Origin: Mizuhopecten yessoensis
Taxonomy: Eukaryota
Length of the DNA stretch: 64,000 nt
Reading direction: 5' to 3'
NCBI RefSeq assembly: GCF_002113885.1
Contig: NW_018403786.1
Coordinates: forward strand, 1,329,729-1,393,728
The notes under the pieces: generated by a model
Seen by the model: only the letters and a program-made list of their open reading frames with translations
Database searches by the model: none
What the model was told of the DNA's origin: nothing
Shown: positions 14,101-24,843 of the stretch, one piece after another
Layout of the letters: the number at the start of each line of letters is the position of its first letter
Numbering within the stretch: position 1 is the stretch's first letter
Translations under genes and position numbers: made by a program

Positions 14101-17100
14101 ATTGCCAAATCGTTCTTGTGATGTTGAGTATCCTTTATTCTTCTTTATAATACAATGTACATATTTTATTTCAAAATTTCTTACAGGAAGAAAACAAAGT
14201 GCGGGGTTACAAAAATTCAACTACAAAATATGGGGATACAAAGACAAAAATCAATATACAAATCACTGAAAAATAAGCATCACTCCATTGAGACAAAATC
14301 CAAAGTCAAGCTCAAAATTAAAACAAAAATCTTCTGCACAAAACATATTTTTTAATAAAATCCAAAATGGACAGCTACAATACAAGAAATATATACATTC
14401 AACATGCTCAAATTGATTAGGTTCTCTTACATCTGTAAGCATTTCTAAATTATTATTGAATTAAGTGGCCTCACATTCTGTATTACATTGTATTACGATG
14501 TTAACTGCCCGATTGTTATCACTTTTCAATGTCCTTTTTCTCATTTGTTTATAAGCTAGTGAAACATTAAAAGAACACTTTCAAAATAATGTTTATGATG
14601 AACGCATCTTAAATACAAATTACCTTTATTAATTATGATACATGTGGTTTCAAATATCAAAAATAACATTAGCACATGGGTATTTTCAACCACAAATTAT
14701 ATGAGTGTACAGCGTAGTATTATCAAAATAAATGCTAAGCAGCATGTCATCCAAAATTAACCTTTATCTGGACGATAAAATCTCAACTTATGACTGAAAA
14801 GGGTTACATATAGGCATTGGGACTGATCACGGTATCCACAAACACACTATCCTACAGGTATCTTATATACAGGTAGCACATGAATAGAAAGTCCTACTGT
14901 TGAACTCTGGGTAAAGTGGTACAACTTGAAACTCCTGTCCATTTTCATCAGCAGGGTAGAATTTCAGGGTGACATGGTTCTTGTAATTTGAATACAGCGA
15001 TGGTTTGAAGATCACAATAAGTCTGGATTTGGAACACAAGCGTTGAGTCCCAATTTTGCAGTCCAGATACTTCAAATAAACAAAAAAATTGCTTGACATG
15101 AACATTAATATAATTGAAAATATATCCACATTTATAGTTATACATGAACTTAATCTGGACAAACTATTTTACTACAGTATAGTTTTTGTTTGTTTTTGTT
15201 TTTGTTTTGCGTCCTATTAACAGCTATCATTTAATTTATAAGGGTGTGCCAGGTTTTGATGGTGGAGGAAAGACAGAGTTCCCAGAGAAAAATCACCGAA
15301 CAAAGGCCAGTACCTGGTGACCACTGCCCCACGTAGGTCTCGTACCCGCGACCAAGTGGTGGAGGGCTAGAGGTGGCAGAATGTCAGACGCCTTATAACC
15401 ACTTGGCCACCGCGGCCCCCTTCAGTATAGAAAATGTTCCAAAGGTCACTTGACTCTTTATATAAAAATGGGGTAGAAGATCTGATTTCAGTAACAATTC
15501 AACATACTAAGAGGTACGTACAAAAGTTGACCATTTTAGATGACAAATTTAAGATATAATATATACCCTGGAGGCCTAGACACAATGATTCACTAAGAAC
15601 ATAGGGTCATAACTCTGTCTACAGTTGGACACCAGACCAGACTTCATGGTCATGACGTGACACTGCCGTATCATCCAGAGAGGTCTCACATCCAAATTTG
15701 GCAATCATAGCCGACTCGGTGTGAGATATTCCCAAAACAAAGTGATTTACAATGAGCAATGTGAACACTTCAGTATGTAGTAGGGCACCAGATCAGACCC
15801 AAATACAGTATGCAACATTCCATCACCCAAAAAGGTACTCAAATTGGTAATCGTAGTGACACAGTATATGAACTATGCCTGGACAAAGTAACGCACAGAC
15901 AGAGTGTTAACCTACAATACCACTAGAAGTGCTGTTGGGGACTAATTTATATATATATATCTCTCATCATTTCTAATTTGTCCTATATTTAGTTAAATAT
16001 CATATCAATGGTTTAGTTGATCAGAAGCCAATCCAGAATTTCTGAAGAAGGCAAACTTACAGAGGGTCATTTCTTTTTAGAAATTACTATTTTATATGCA
16101 AATACTAACACAATTTTTTTTTTTTTTTGATCACTAGTAGTCTGTATGTGTCCACTTTCCATGTGTTCTTTGTAAATTTTATTTCATATTTATAGAATTT
16201 CATGTTTATATAACCAACATTCTATACTCTGGTATATTTAAAACTTCAGTACATGTACCAATAATGTCTCAACATGGTGGATGGGTGATGGAGAGGCTCT
16301 CCAAGTTTAAATTAGGAAACAGTACATGTAGAGTAGTCAAACTACCATTATTTCTTCAATTATTACATCTGGTAAAAGTTTTTTGTTTTTTTAATTAATA
16401 AAAAAAGGAGGTTAATACTTACATGCATAATGCTTTCAAGGTGAATGTTCTGAATAACTGTCAATGGCGCAGAACTACAGGAAAGTTTGGCATCGATATC
16501 CACACATACTAGATTGTGTTGTGAATCTCTGAAATCGAGTCTACAACCTGAACTTAATTTCAATCCTTTCCATGTGAAAGTCAAAGTTTCTCTTAACAAC
16601 CGACCTCTATTGTACATCTTGCAGACTCTGGACCCAGTGATGGGCACTGTATAAGTGATCAAAAACAGACATTATTGTACAGGGTTCATTGTACACAACA
16701 CATTGTACAGGGTTCATTGTACACAACACATTGTACATGGTTCATTGTACACAACACATTGTACAGGGTTCATTGTACACAACAAATTGTACAGTGTACA
16801 TGTATACAACTGTTTTGTTCTACGTATATACAGCCACCAGTAAATATAAGTTATTTTGATCAGCAAGCATGACAAGACAGCTGTAGTATAGGCTCAGAAG
16901 TGCTGGCCATCCTTGATGTTTTTCTCCACACCACCAGCTGTAGATCCACATACCCTTATTTATTTACGGAAATTTAATAATTATAACTTATTCAACATTT
17001 TAAAAGTTGAATTTATCTGTAGATCTGTTAACACGAACAAACACATATCTACATACATACTAAGTAACATGACTTAAGTTAGTAGTGATTCACATCAAGT

Positions 17101-18457
17101 CTTCTTTAATCAGTCTTTTAATTAAAAGTTGTTCAGATATTCTGAACAATTACATATGGAATCAAAATCAAAACAAATAACCTCTGAGTAACCATCAAAT
17201 GAGTTTTTCAATTAAGAAAACTGTGAATTGTCTGGACTCCTAGCTACTTTATCAAATATCAATTAGTTTTGTCAGAGGTGCATGCATAGCATTTACTTAG
17301 CCCTGTACATGTTACATAACATATTTACAAAGTGTTTTTTTTAAATACATGGCCAGTACATGATATTTCAACGTCATAATCTACAGCATCAAATTGCATC
17401 CTCACATATATAAATCAAATATAGTATATAACTATGTACTTGTACATATGTACAATGTACAACCAGCTTATCTGCTGCAAGCTATTCCCATGTAAAGGCA
17501 TTTCATTAAATTATATTAAAACCCTGTATTAACTTATATATTAACCCGATGTGAGTTAACACTTTGATTTCATGGACAGGAGCACACATGTTTTTGCTAC
17601 AACCTTCAAAATGAAAGGGTTGTGCTCTCAATGAACATAGCTTTCTTGCACCCTTTGATTTCCTCATGATAAAAGCTTTCTTGCACCCTTTGATTTCCTC
17701 ATGATAAAACCAAAGTCCTGTCACCTTAAGCTTGTGGATACAAGTTGACTAGGCTGGAATTGTTGGGGAATCCTACATATATCAGAGTAATGCTGTGTTT
17801 ACAGACAAATAGAATAGCACTGCAGTGTAATGGTAAATTGATCACGACCGGCTTTGATATTAGAGAAGCTCTTAATCTTCAAGTCCAGATATTATTGTCT
17901 ATCAGCTTCCTGATTGGTCAGTTTTTGAAGTCTGGATTCAATCAACTAGCTACATGTAACTGTGAGTGGTACGGTAGCTTTGATTCTGTCATAAGAATAT
18001 CAAAGGGTACATATATATATATATCAGATGTGATATCAAAAGTGAAAACCCTGGATTTCAGTTAGATTTCAGTATAATATTCATGACCCAGAAAAAAAGA
18101 TGCAAAGCACAAACCCCACAAACTTGATGTAATTTTTACAGTTACAACAACATCTATTGTATGTAAATGTTTTCTTACGTGAGTTTTGACCCTATTAATT
18201 TGTTCCAGCTGGAGTAACAGTAAAATTGACCCTGTAAAATCAACAGCACTAAAACACAACTACCTACCTGTATCTTCATGAATAATCTAAATTTTGTTAC
18301 ATATAAGTACATGATGTACGTACCAATATTGAACTTTTTAGCTACAATAAATCAATCTTTAATTAGCTACTATACCTGTATCATAGGATTCAACTAGGAC
18401 AGCGTTGAAGAAGACAGCAAATGTGAGAAAAAGTGTTGTGCACTGCATGAAAACCAT
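8149..18457 (-). CDS. Single-pass type I membrane protein, Shisa/CYYR1/WBP1-like architecture (~346 aa). Coding exons 18457-18376, 16646-16423, 15069-14898, 11643-11230, 8297-8149
   Basis: All introns GT-AG with matching phases (1,0,1,1). Signal peptide MVFMQCTTLFLTFAVFFNAVLVES, a Cys-containing ectodomain, TM helix VTVTIGIIVALIVGGIIVVTLII followed by CCCCCRGRR, and a Pro/Tyr/Gln-rich tail ending QPPPYSEK*. Acceptor near 18560 and a probable 5' UTR donor near 20465. Confidence 0.85.
9076..11027 (+). mobile_element. Helentron-type non-autonomous element (HINE-like) carrying two internal satellite arrays
   Basis: Starts acaagaggcccagagggcctgtatcgctca. Contains ~125-bp repeats (~9230-9940), then ~155-bp repeats (~9950-10990), then a (gacg)n microsatellite. 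This layout matches bivalve HINE-like elements. The terminal hairpin is not seen. Confidence 0.75.
11831..12492 (+). mobile_element. HINE-like non-autonomous element
   Basis: aacaagag start. Subterminal inverted repeat tagctcgtc (11855-11863) / gacgagcta (12481-12489). One internal unit is homologous to the ~155-bp repeat (tttgtacaat..tgaatccc...ggatgcttcc...aaatttggttg). Confidence 0.7.
13306..13367. other. Imperfect hairpin with a ~28-bp stem, in an intron
   Basis: atactgttatgggtcgcagcacacataa pairs with ttatgtgtgctgtgacccatatcagtat with two mismatches. Confidence 0.8.
15183..15420 (-). mobile_element. tRNA-headed SINE, V-domain-like
   Basis: Minus strand reads ggggccgcggtggccaagtgg (A box), a degenerate B box, a tttttctctgggaactctgtctttcctccacc core typical of V-SINEs, and an (aaaaac)n tail. 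Confidence 0.75.
16673..16800. repeat. 28-bp minisatellite (ttgtacagggttcattgtacacaacaca), ~4.5 copies
   Basis: Direct repeats about 25 bp from the acceptor at 16647. Confidence 0.9.
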
Positions 18458-19099
18458 ACTGATCTACTTTGATATGGCACCTCTTCTAAAATTGACAGCA
18501 CTGCAGCTGGCATACAAGGTTTCCAGCTTGTAATCCTTGGACCTCAATCTTTGTAACAATCTGGAAAATATTTAGAGAATCATTTTAACAAAAATAATAT
18601 CTAGATTTTTTTCTACATGCACAATAAATATTAAAGATGAATGTCTTGAAATTGATGTCCTTGTCAGAGTCTCTAAAATTCTCCTTCTCTTACCTAAAGT
18701 AGGTTTCAAACAACTATCACGCTCAATAGCTGGGAGAAGTATATCTGTTTCTTCATTATAATGTAGACTAGCTGTCTAATAATTTTCCTGCGATAAATTA
18801 GTTACTGTAGGTTAAATTCTATTATATTTATTATGCTCATTACACATCCTGGTTGTGTTTTCTTTTTAAATAACTCTGGATAAAGCTTGCAGCTTTCCCC
18901 TGTATTGGTTCAAGCTTTAGTCTGGTAGGGATCCCATATATATAGCTGCTCCATATCTATACTCAAGAGTGGAATTAATCATGTTAATTTAAGTTAGGTG
19001 ATAATTATAAGTAGGACTTCTACTTGTGTTGAATGAAATAAAAAGCATTAATTTCTTTATTTACAACAATTATGAAACAAGTTTTAACAACTTATATTA

Positions 19100-19280
19100 A
19101 TCATTCTTGTTGGCCCGGATGTAAGCACGCTGGGGGTTTTATTGCGAGAGGAAACCGGAGTATCCAGAGAAAACCCACATGGTCATACAGGTGACCCCAT
19201 ACCTTTTCATGTCCGATTGGGGAAACAACCCCTGGCTGCCTTGGTGAAAGGTAAGTCTGGTATCCACAGCACCACCCGAA
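19100..19280 (-). mobile_element. Degenerate V-SINE-like element
   Basis: gaggaaaccggagtatccagagaaaacccac is the reverse complement of the V-domain-type core. Degenerate tRNA-like head toward 19280. Confidence 0.6.
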
Positions 19281-19748
19281 TGGAGTATTTTTGTCAATAT
19301 TTTCCCCGGGCCCTACGTAACAGAGGTCATTATTTGTTTCAATGCCTCCTCTAGGGGTCAAATAAAGGACCTTCATCAAAGGAGGTAAAGAGTCCAGAAA
19401 CAACTTTGTCTAACGTATATGTATAATACCTGACTGGTTTTTAAATCCTTCAGTGGTACCTACTGTAGTTTATACCGTTACCCTGACGACGAGAGTTTGT
19501 TTATCTGTTATGGTTGATTCAGTCACCTGCGAGTGTAATATTTTAGTTTGGAACAGTATGTTTAATAACAGATTTTAAGGTTACAATATATATTATATCA
19601 GGTCAGGGAAAACCACTATCTTGCCTATAATACGCCAATTTGGGTATGGATTTGTTACTTAAAATAGCCAAAATCACTTTAAGCTTAACTTTTTCAAATT
19701 GTCACATTTATTGAAACATCATTCAAATGTAAAAATAAACCTTATTTG

Positions 19749-20010
19749 TGTAACAGAGCGCATGATTAATTAAATATAAATCACTACCTCCGCATGGGAT
19801 TGAACCCGGGACCTCTGGCTTACTAGTCTTACGCTCAACCGATCGAGCTAAAGAGAAGTTCTCTATAGCCGAGCGATATATTGCGGCTAGTATTTACCAG
19901 GGTTACATACTCCCCTTCCAGGAAAGAACTCGTCCTCGAGTTTTCCAAGTGTAACAGCGATGCTTGTGGGGCAAGGCTGAGTATTTTCCCCGGGTCCCTA
20001 CGATTTGGGT
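19749..20010 (-). mobile_element. Miniature non-autonomous LTR element with a tRNA-like segment in the LTR (Helenus/TRIM-like)
   Basis: Minus-strand LTR 19907-19749 is bounded by TGTAAC...TGTTACA and contains tagctcgatcggttgagc (A box) and gggttcaatccc (B box). A purine tract ggaaggggag precedes it. A second TGTTACA end lies at 19950-19956. Confidence 0.65.
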
Positions 20011-21187
20011 TATTTTTAGTAACACCATACTCCAACTTGCATATAATAGGCGAGTTTGCGTATTATACGCAAGTTAGTCGTTTTCCCAAACATCATATTA
20101 GTCACAATCCCAGCGGAGGTCCTACTATCTGACAGTATGGTTTCTCTTTCAGTATTTCTTGGTATTCAAAATTTGACATTATAACTATTTAGATAAGCTT
20201 TATTTTTTATTACTATTATTACATCATGAGCTAGGCTAAAAACAAAAATGTCACACGTTTATTCAAGCTGTATTTTTCTGAAAACGAAATAACCAGTGGT
20301 CAAACCAGCTGGTTTCGGCTAAATCAGTAAATGATGACGCATTCTTCTGTTCTTTGCTTACATATTTTTCTTTTCCGATGTGTACTGTACCAACAAGGAG
20401 TGAGAAAACATTTAATTAAAAAGTCTGTTGGTCGTATTTTGTTATTAGAATGTTGGTATACTTACTTTCCTTGCGTGTTTGCCTTTAACACAATACTTTT
20501 GTTTACGTTTTCAGAATTTCTATTTTCTGATTTAATACGAAACTGCGTCCAGACTCCAATATCGCGTCGCGATCGGTAAGACGCTTGAATCATTCAATTT
20601 CATTTGGATCCCACAACTTCCCGTCCGAGTGAGCGGAATAGAACTGGGAGAGCCCGCTGAGCAAGCCGTACAAGGCCAACGAGTATACTGGGGTCTGTTC
20701 GTTTATGCGGAACAACCGGTTTGACCGTTTATAAATGTAACGATTTCGGGTATAAATCCTGGCGGACCTGCATATGTTTATGCAGGCCTTGCAAGGCGTT
20801 GTCAAGGATCGCCTGAAAGCAGCATCAGATTACTAGGTCCGATCTTATTTAATAAACGAACAACAGTGGTCCGACAGGTTTGACTGTTTACACGAAAACG
20901 GCCCTATTGACACTGGTGTATTTATTTAACGATACTGTAACAGGACTCATTCTCATGAACTTTCCTTAAATTTAAATTAAAAAAAAATATTTTTGAAGAT
21001 AAGAAAAATGTTAGTTACCGCACGGAATTAGATTACCGAAATTTTCCTCAATGAAAAGCAAACAGTAGTGGCATGCCTTCTTGCGGAAAATTTCAAGGGG
21101 AGGAATTTCGTTCCATATCATGATGTAACCTTAGTTAATAAATTATATCAGACTCATGGCTTGCCACTTTTTGCCACTGATCCGTAG

Positions 21188-21600
21188 GTGGGACGGGCCC
21201 GAGTGCGGATGCACTTTATGTGTTGGTTAGCGGTTTTTTGGCTACCTATTTTTTCCTTCTTCGTATGTGTCCTGTGCTGGCTGAAGTGTATTTTTCTCTG
21301 TTTAAAATGTAACGTACAGCTTTACATATGGCTCTGTGCTTTTTGTCAGCTTTGTAGTTTACAATTTGATGCTTTTGTCATATGTTTACTTTCTGCAAAT
21401 GTGCTGTACATGCTTTATATGCTTTATATTTTTACTGTTTAACGTTTCATTATGTATGTGTATTTTGTATTTTTGTGGTTTTTTTTCTTGTTATGTATTT
21501 TGTTCTTTACATGTGTTTGTCGAAATACAAGCTCTTCGTAGCTTATGTTGTATGTTTATAATATTCGACGTAAAATAAAGCTTCTGTATCTGTATCTGTA
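21188..21600 (+). mobile_element. Probable 3' end of a non-LTR retroelement
   Basis: T-rich stretch ending in aataaa followed by a (ctgtat)n tail. Confidence 0.4.
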
Positions 21601-21679
21601 TAATTATTAAACTAATGAAATACTGAAAGTCATTAGCAGCAGACCTACATGCCATCGATTCATGTCCTCTAATATTTTA

Positions 21680-22980
21680 GATAACATTAATCAGAGAGAC
21701 AAATATTTGCATAACTTTAATAAATATGGTAAATCTGAGGATTATAAATCCTTCTGCTATTTTCGCAATTTGACACAGCGACAATGTAAAAAAAGACAAA
21801 GCTAATTATTTTGAAGAGCAAATAGCTGACAATAAAAATAATTCAAAACCCTGTGGAAAAAGTTCAAAAATCTCGATTATGAGCAAGATCCCAAATCAGA
21901 TGGAAGTGTGGTCCTTGAGAATGATATTCTTAATTGCCATTATGGTTTGAATATTGCCAATCATTTTAATGATTTTTTCACAAATACTGCATCTAAATCG
22001 GTATTAAAGCTTCCTAGTCCCGCGGGAATTTTACCATTCGTCTACTACCCTTGTAAAGAATGTTCATGCTGATGGAAATCACAATCAAAATAAATTTTAC
22101 TTGAAACATGTTTCAGAAGAGTTTGTTGTTAAAAAATTATGCAATCTTAATAGTGGAAAAACTACAGGTCTAGATGGTATACCTGCAAGAATTTTGAAAG
22201 ATGCAGCACCAGTTTTAAAGGTTCCTATTACATTTTTAATAAATATGTCTATATCGGAGGGAAAGGTTCCTGATGAATTAAAATTTGCCAATGTCAAACC
22301 TCTTTTTACAAGGAACAGTCGACTGAAAGCAGAAAACTACTGTCCAATAAGCATACTCAATATTGTTTCTAAATTACTAGAAAAGGCTGTTTATAGACAG
22401 CTTGAACTATTTTTGTCAGATAAGAATTTGCTTTACGAATTCCAATCTGGATTCAGATCATCTTATTCAACAGATTCCTGTATCATACATCTTTTTGATC
22501 ATATTAAATCTCAAACATCCAATGGTTTCTACAAAAAGCTTTTGACACCGTCAATCATGAAATTCTCTGTGACAAATTAAAAATTATGAGTGTCGAATCA
22601 ATCTCCTGGTTTAAATCCTATTTATCTGACAGAAATTAGACCACTATGGGATAAGAGACCATACCCATGAATGGATCAGACAAGGGCTAACAACAAGGAA
22701 ACAAAGAGTGGTCCTAGATGGTGAATCCTCTTCTGAAGCCATGTCGACTCCGGGGTACCCCAAGGCACAGTCTTGGGGCCCTTGATGTTCTTACTCTACG
22801 TAATTATATATATAAATGATATCGGCGAGGGAATAAAATCAGAGATTAAGCTTTTCGCAGACGACTGTTTATTATACCGAACCATTGACTCTGAAGCAGA
22901 CACCAACCAGCTGCAGGAAGACCGAAACAAAATGACAGAGTGGTCCAAGACTTGGCTAATGCGATTTAATGCCAAAAAAG
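21680..22980 (+). mobile_element. Decayed LINE reverse-transcriptase fragments (CR1/L2-group-like), frameshifted
   Basis: Motifs GLDGIPARILKD, NYCPISIL, QSGFRSSYST, KAFDTVNH (shifted frame), GVPQGTVLGP and LFADD. Confidence 0.9.
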
Positions 22981-23420
22981 TAAATTAACTACATTGTAAT
23001 TACAGAAGTATAAACGGGTAAACTTAGTGAAGGTATATATATATACATATATATCTTTTAAAGTGTGCGTACATGTTGTCATCGTATATTGATGACTGTA
23101 TCTATAAAATTAGATGACACGTATAATATCAGAATAACACGCGCGTGCCTTAAATCGATAGTGCCTATATTAGACATATTTCATCCAACACGACTTATAT
23201 TTTAGGTTTTACCAGAGACGTATATATTACATACGTCTCTGGTTTTACAGAGAATATGCAAATATAAATGACAATTTGAAGTGGAAAAGAGTAAAATGGA
23301 TTTTTTTTATTTGTATGCCATTTTAGTCATTCCATGTATCTTTGGATATGAACATAACGTACTGAAATTTAATTGACAGACATGGGCATTCGTAACAAAA
23401 AATACACGTACAAACAGAAA

Positions 23421-23505
23421 CAATCTAATTAAAATTATATCTTCACATCGCTCCCGTTTTCTGATATGTAGGGAGCGATGTGAAGATATAATTTTAATTA
23501 GATTG
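23421..23505. mobile_element. 85-bp perfect fold-back mini-MITE with 9-bp TSD
   Basis: 35-bp perfect stem and 15-nt loop. aaacagaaa sits on both sides (23412-23420, 23506-23514). Confidence 0.85.
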
Positions 23506-24843
23506 AAACAGAAATGGTAACAGTTCTAAAAATGCATATAGTTTCCACCAGCTTTAATATATCGTTTGATAGGGATTAGGGCGATAGATATGTTGGGACG
23601 ATAAGATTTTGGTGCAATATGTAGCTTTTTGGGGCGAAACTGTTTTGGGCGAAAAAGACATCTTGGGGCGATATGGTCGTCAAACTTGAGCGTAATAACC
23701 TGTAAACTCGATCAATGTGAGCAGGTATTGGGGCGAAATGGTGACTTTTGGGCGTAACCCATGGAGTATCGAGGATGATGACTGGACGATCCAGAATCTA
23801 ACAGCTTATATAATTATGGGCTATGACGGTCTCTACGAGCTTTCTTAGTCTGTAGTTAGCTTCACTTAAAAATAAGCGTATGTGTGACCAGAATTTGGGC
23901 GCATTCGAACAGAAGTTCACGTTACTCGGACATGTACGTTCTTTGGATTCTCATCTGATACACTTACACGAAATGTCCAGTCTGTTTGACTGAGAGGGAG
24001 GGCAGGACGTAAATTTAATAAACAATTATTAGGTAACCACATAATATAAACGTGTGTATTGACAAGCGAGACTTTACCCGTAAGGTAACACTGGGATAAT
24101 ACACATGTACACTGACAAATAACACATGGAAACGTGTTTCATTCGATTAAAATGTATACAAATTAAAGAAACATTAGATGGTGTCATTAAGGTAAAAATT
24201 ACCGAGTTAAAATGTATGATTAAATGATTATTTCCATTTTCAATATTAGGATATAATTTTGTAAGGTTTTTCTTCTGCACCCAAATGATAATACTACTGG
24301 AGCAATCTGGATTAAATCGGGGCCTTTCAACACTACTAAATAAATACTTTGGCAAGGGAACTAACCCTTATCCAGACAAACTGATTTTTGTAGTTTTATC
24401 TGCTACAGTGAAGGAATGATATTCCAAATAAAACAAAACGCTCTGAAGAGAAATTCTTTTTTTCCAGGTATAACTGATGCAAACGTGTTCTTTTCACCTT
24501 CATTACAAAAAAGTATCTGATTGATTCTAGATATTAATTTGATTTAGGGTATGTGTGACACCATATATAATTGAAAGGGATAACTGTCTAAGTTTTGTTG
24601 ACAAAGTAAGTTATGTGGTTGACCTCTTTGATGAGTACCTGGTACAAAAGTTTACTAGATTGTTCACAATCTTCAGTAGCATGTATGCTTTGAAAAAAAT
24701 GAAGGGAGATAACTCCAAAACAAAAAACAGGTATATTGTATATAATTGCGTTAAGCAGCATAATAATCTGAAGGCAAAGACAATTGTGAAATTGTATGCT
24801 GGAAACTAACATGCAGATATACGCTTGGTAATTTTGCAGTCTG

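Noticed and set aside
15500-15945. Possible decayed HINE-like element
   Set aside because: Only weak motif resemblance, and no termini could be fixed.
19787-19852. tRNA gene (Thr-like)
   Set aside because: A and B boxes are present but the acceptor and anticodon stems do not pair, and it lies inside an LTR-like unit.
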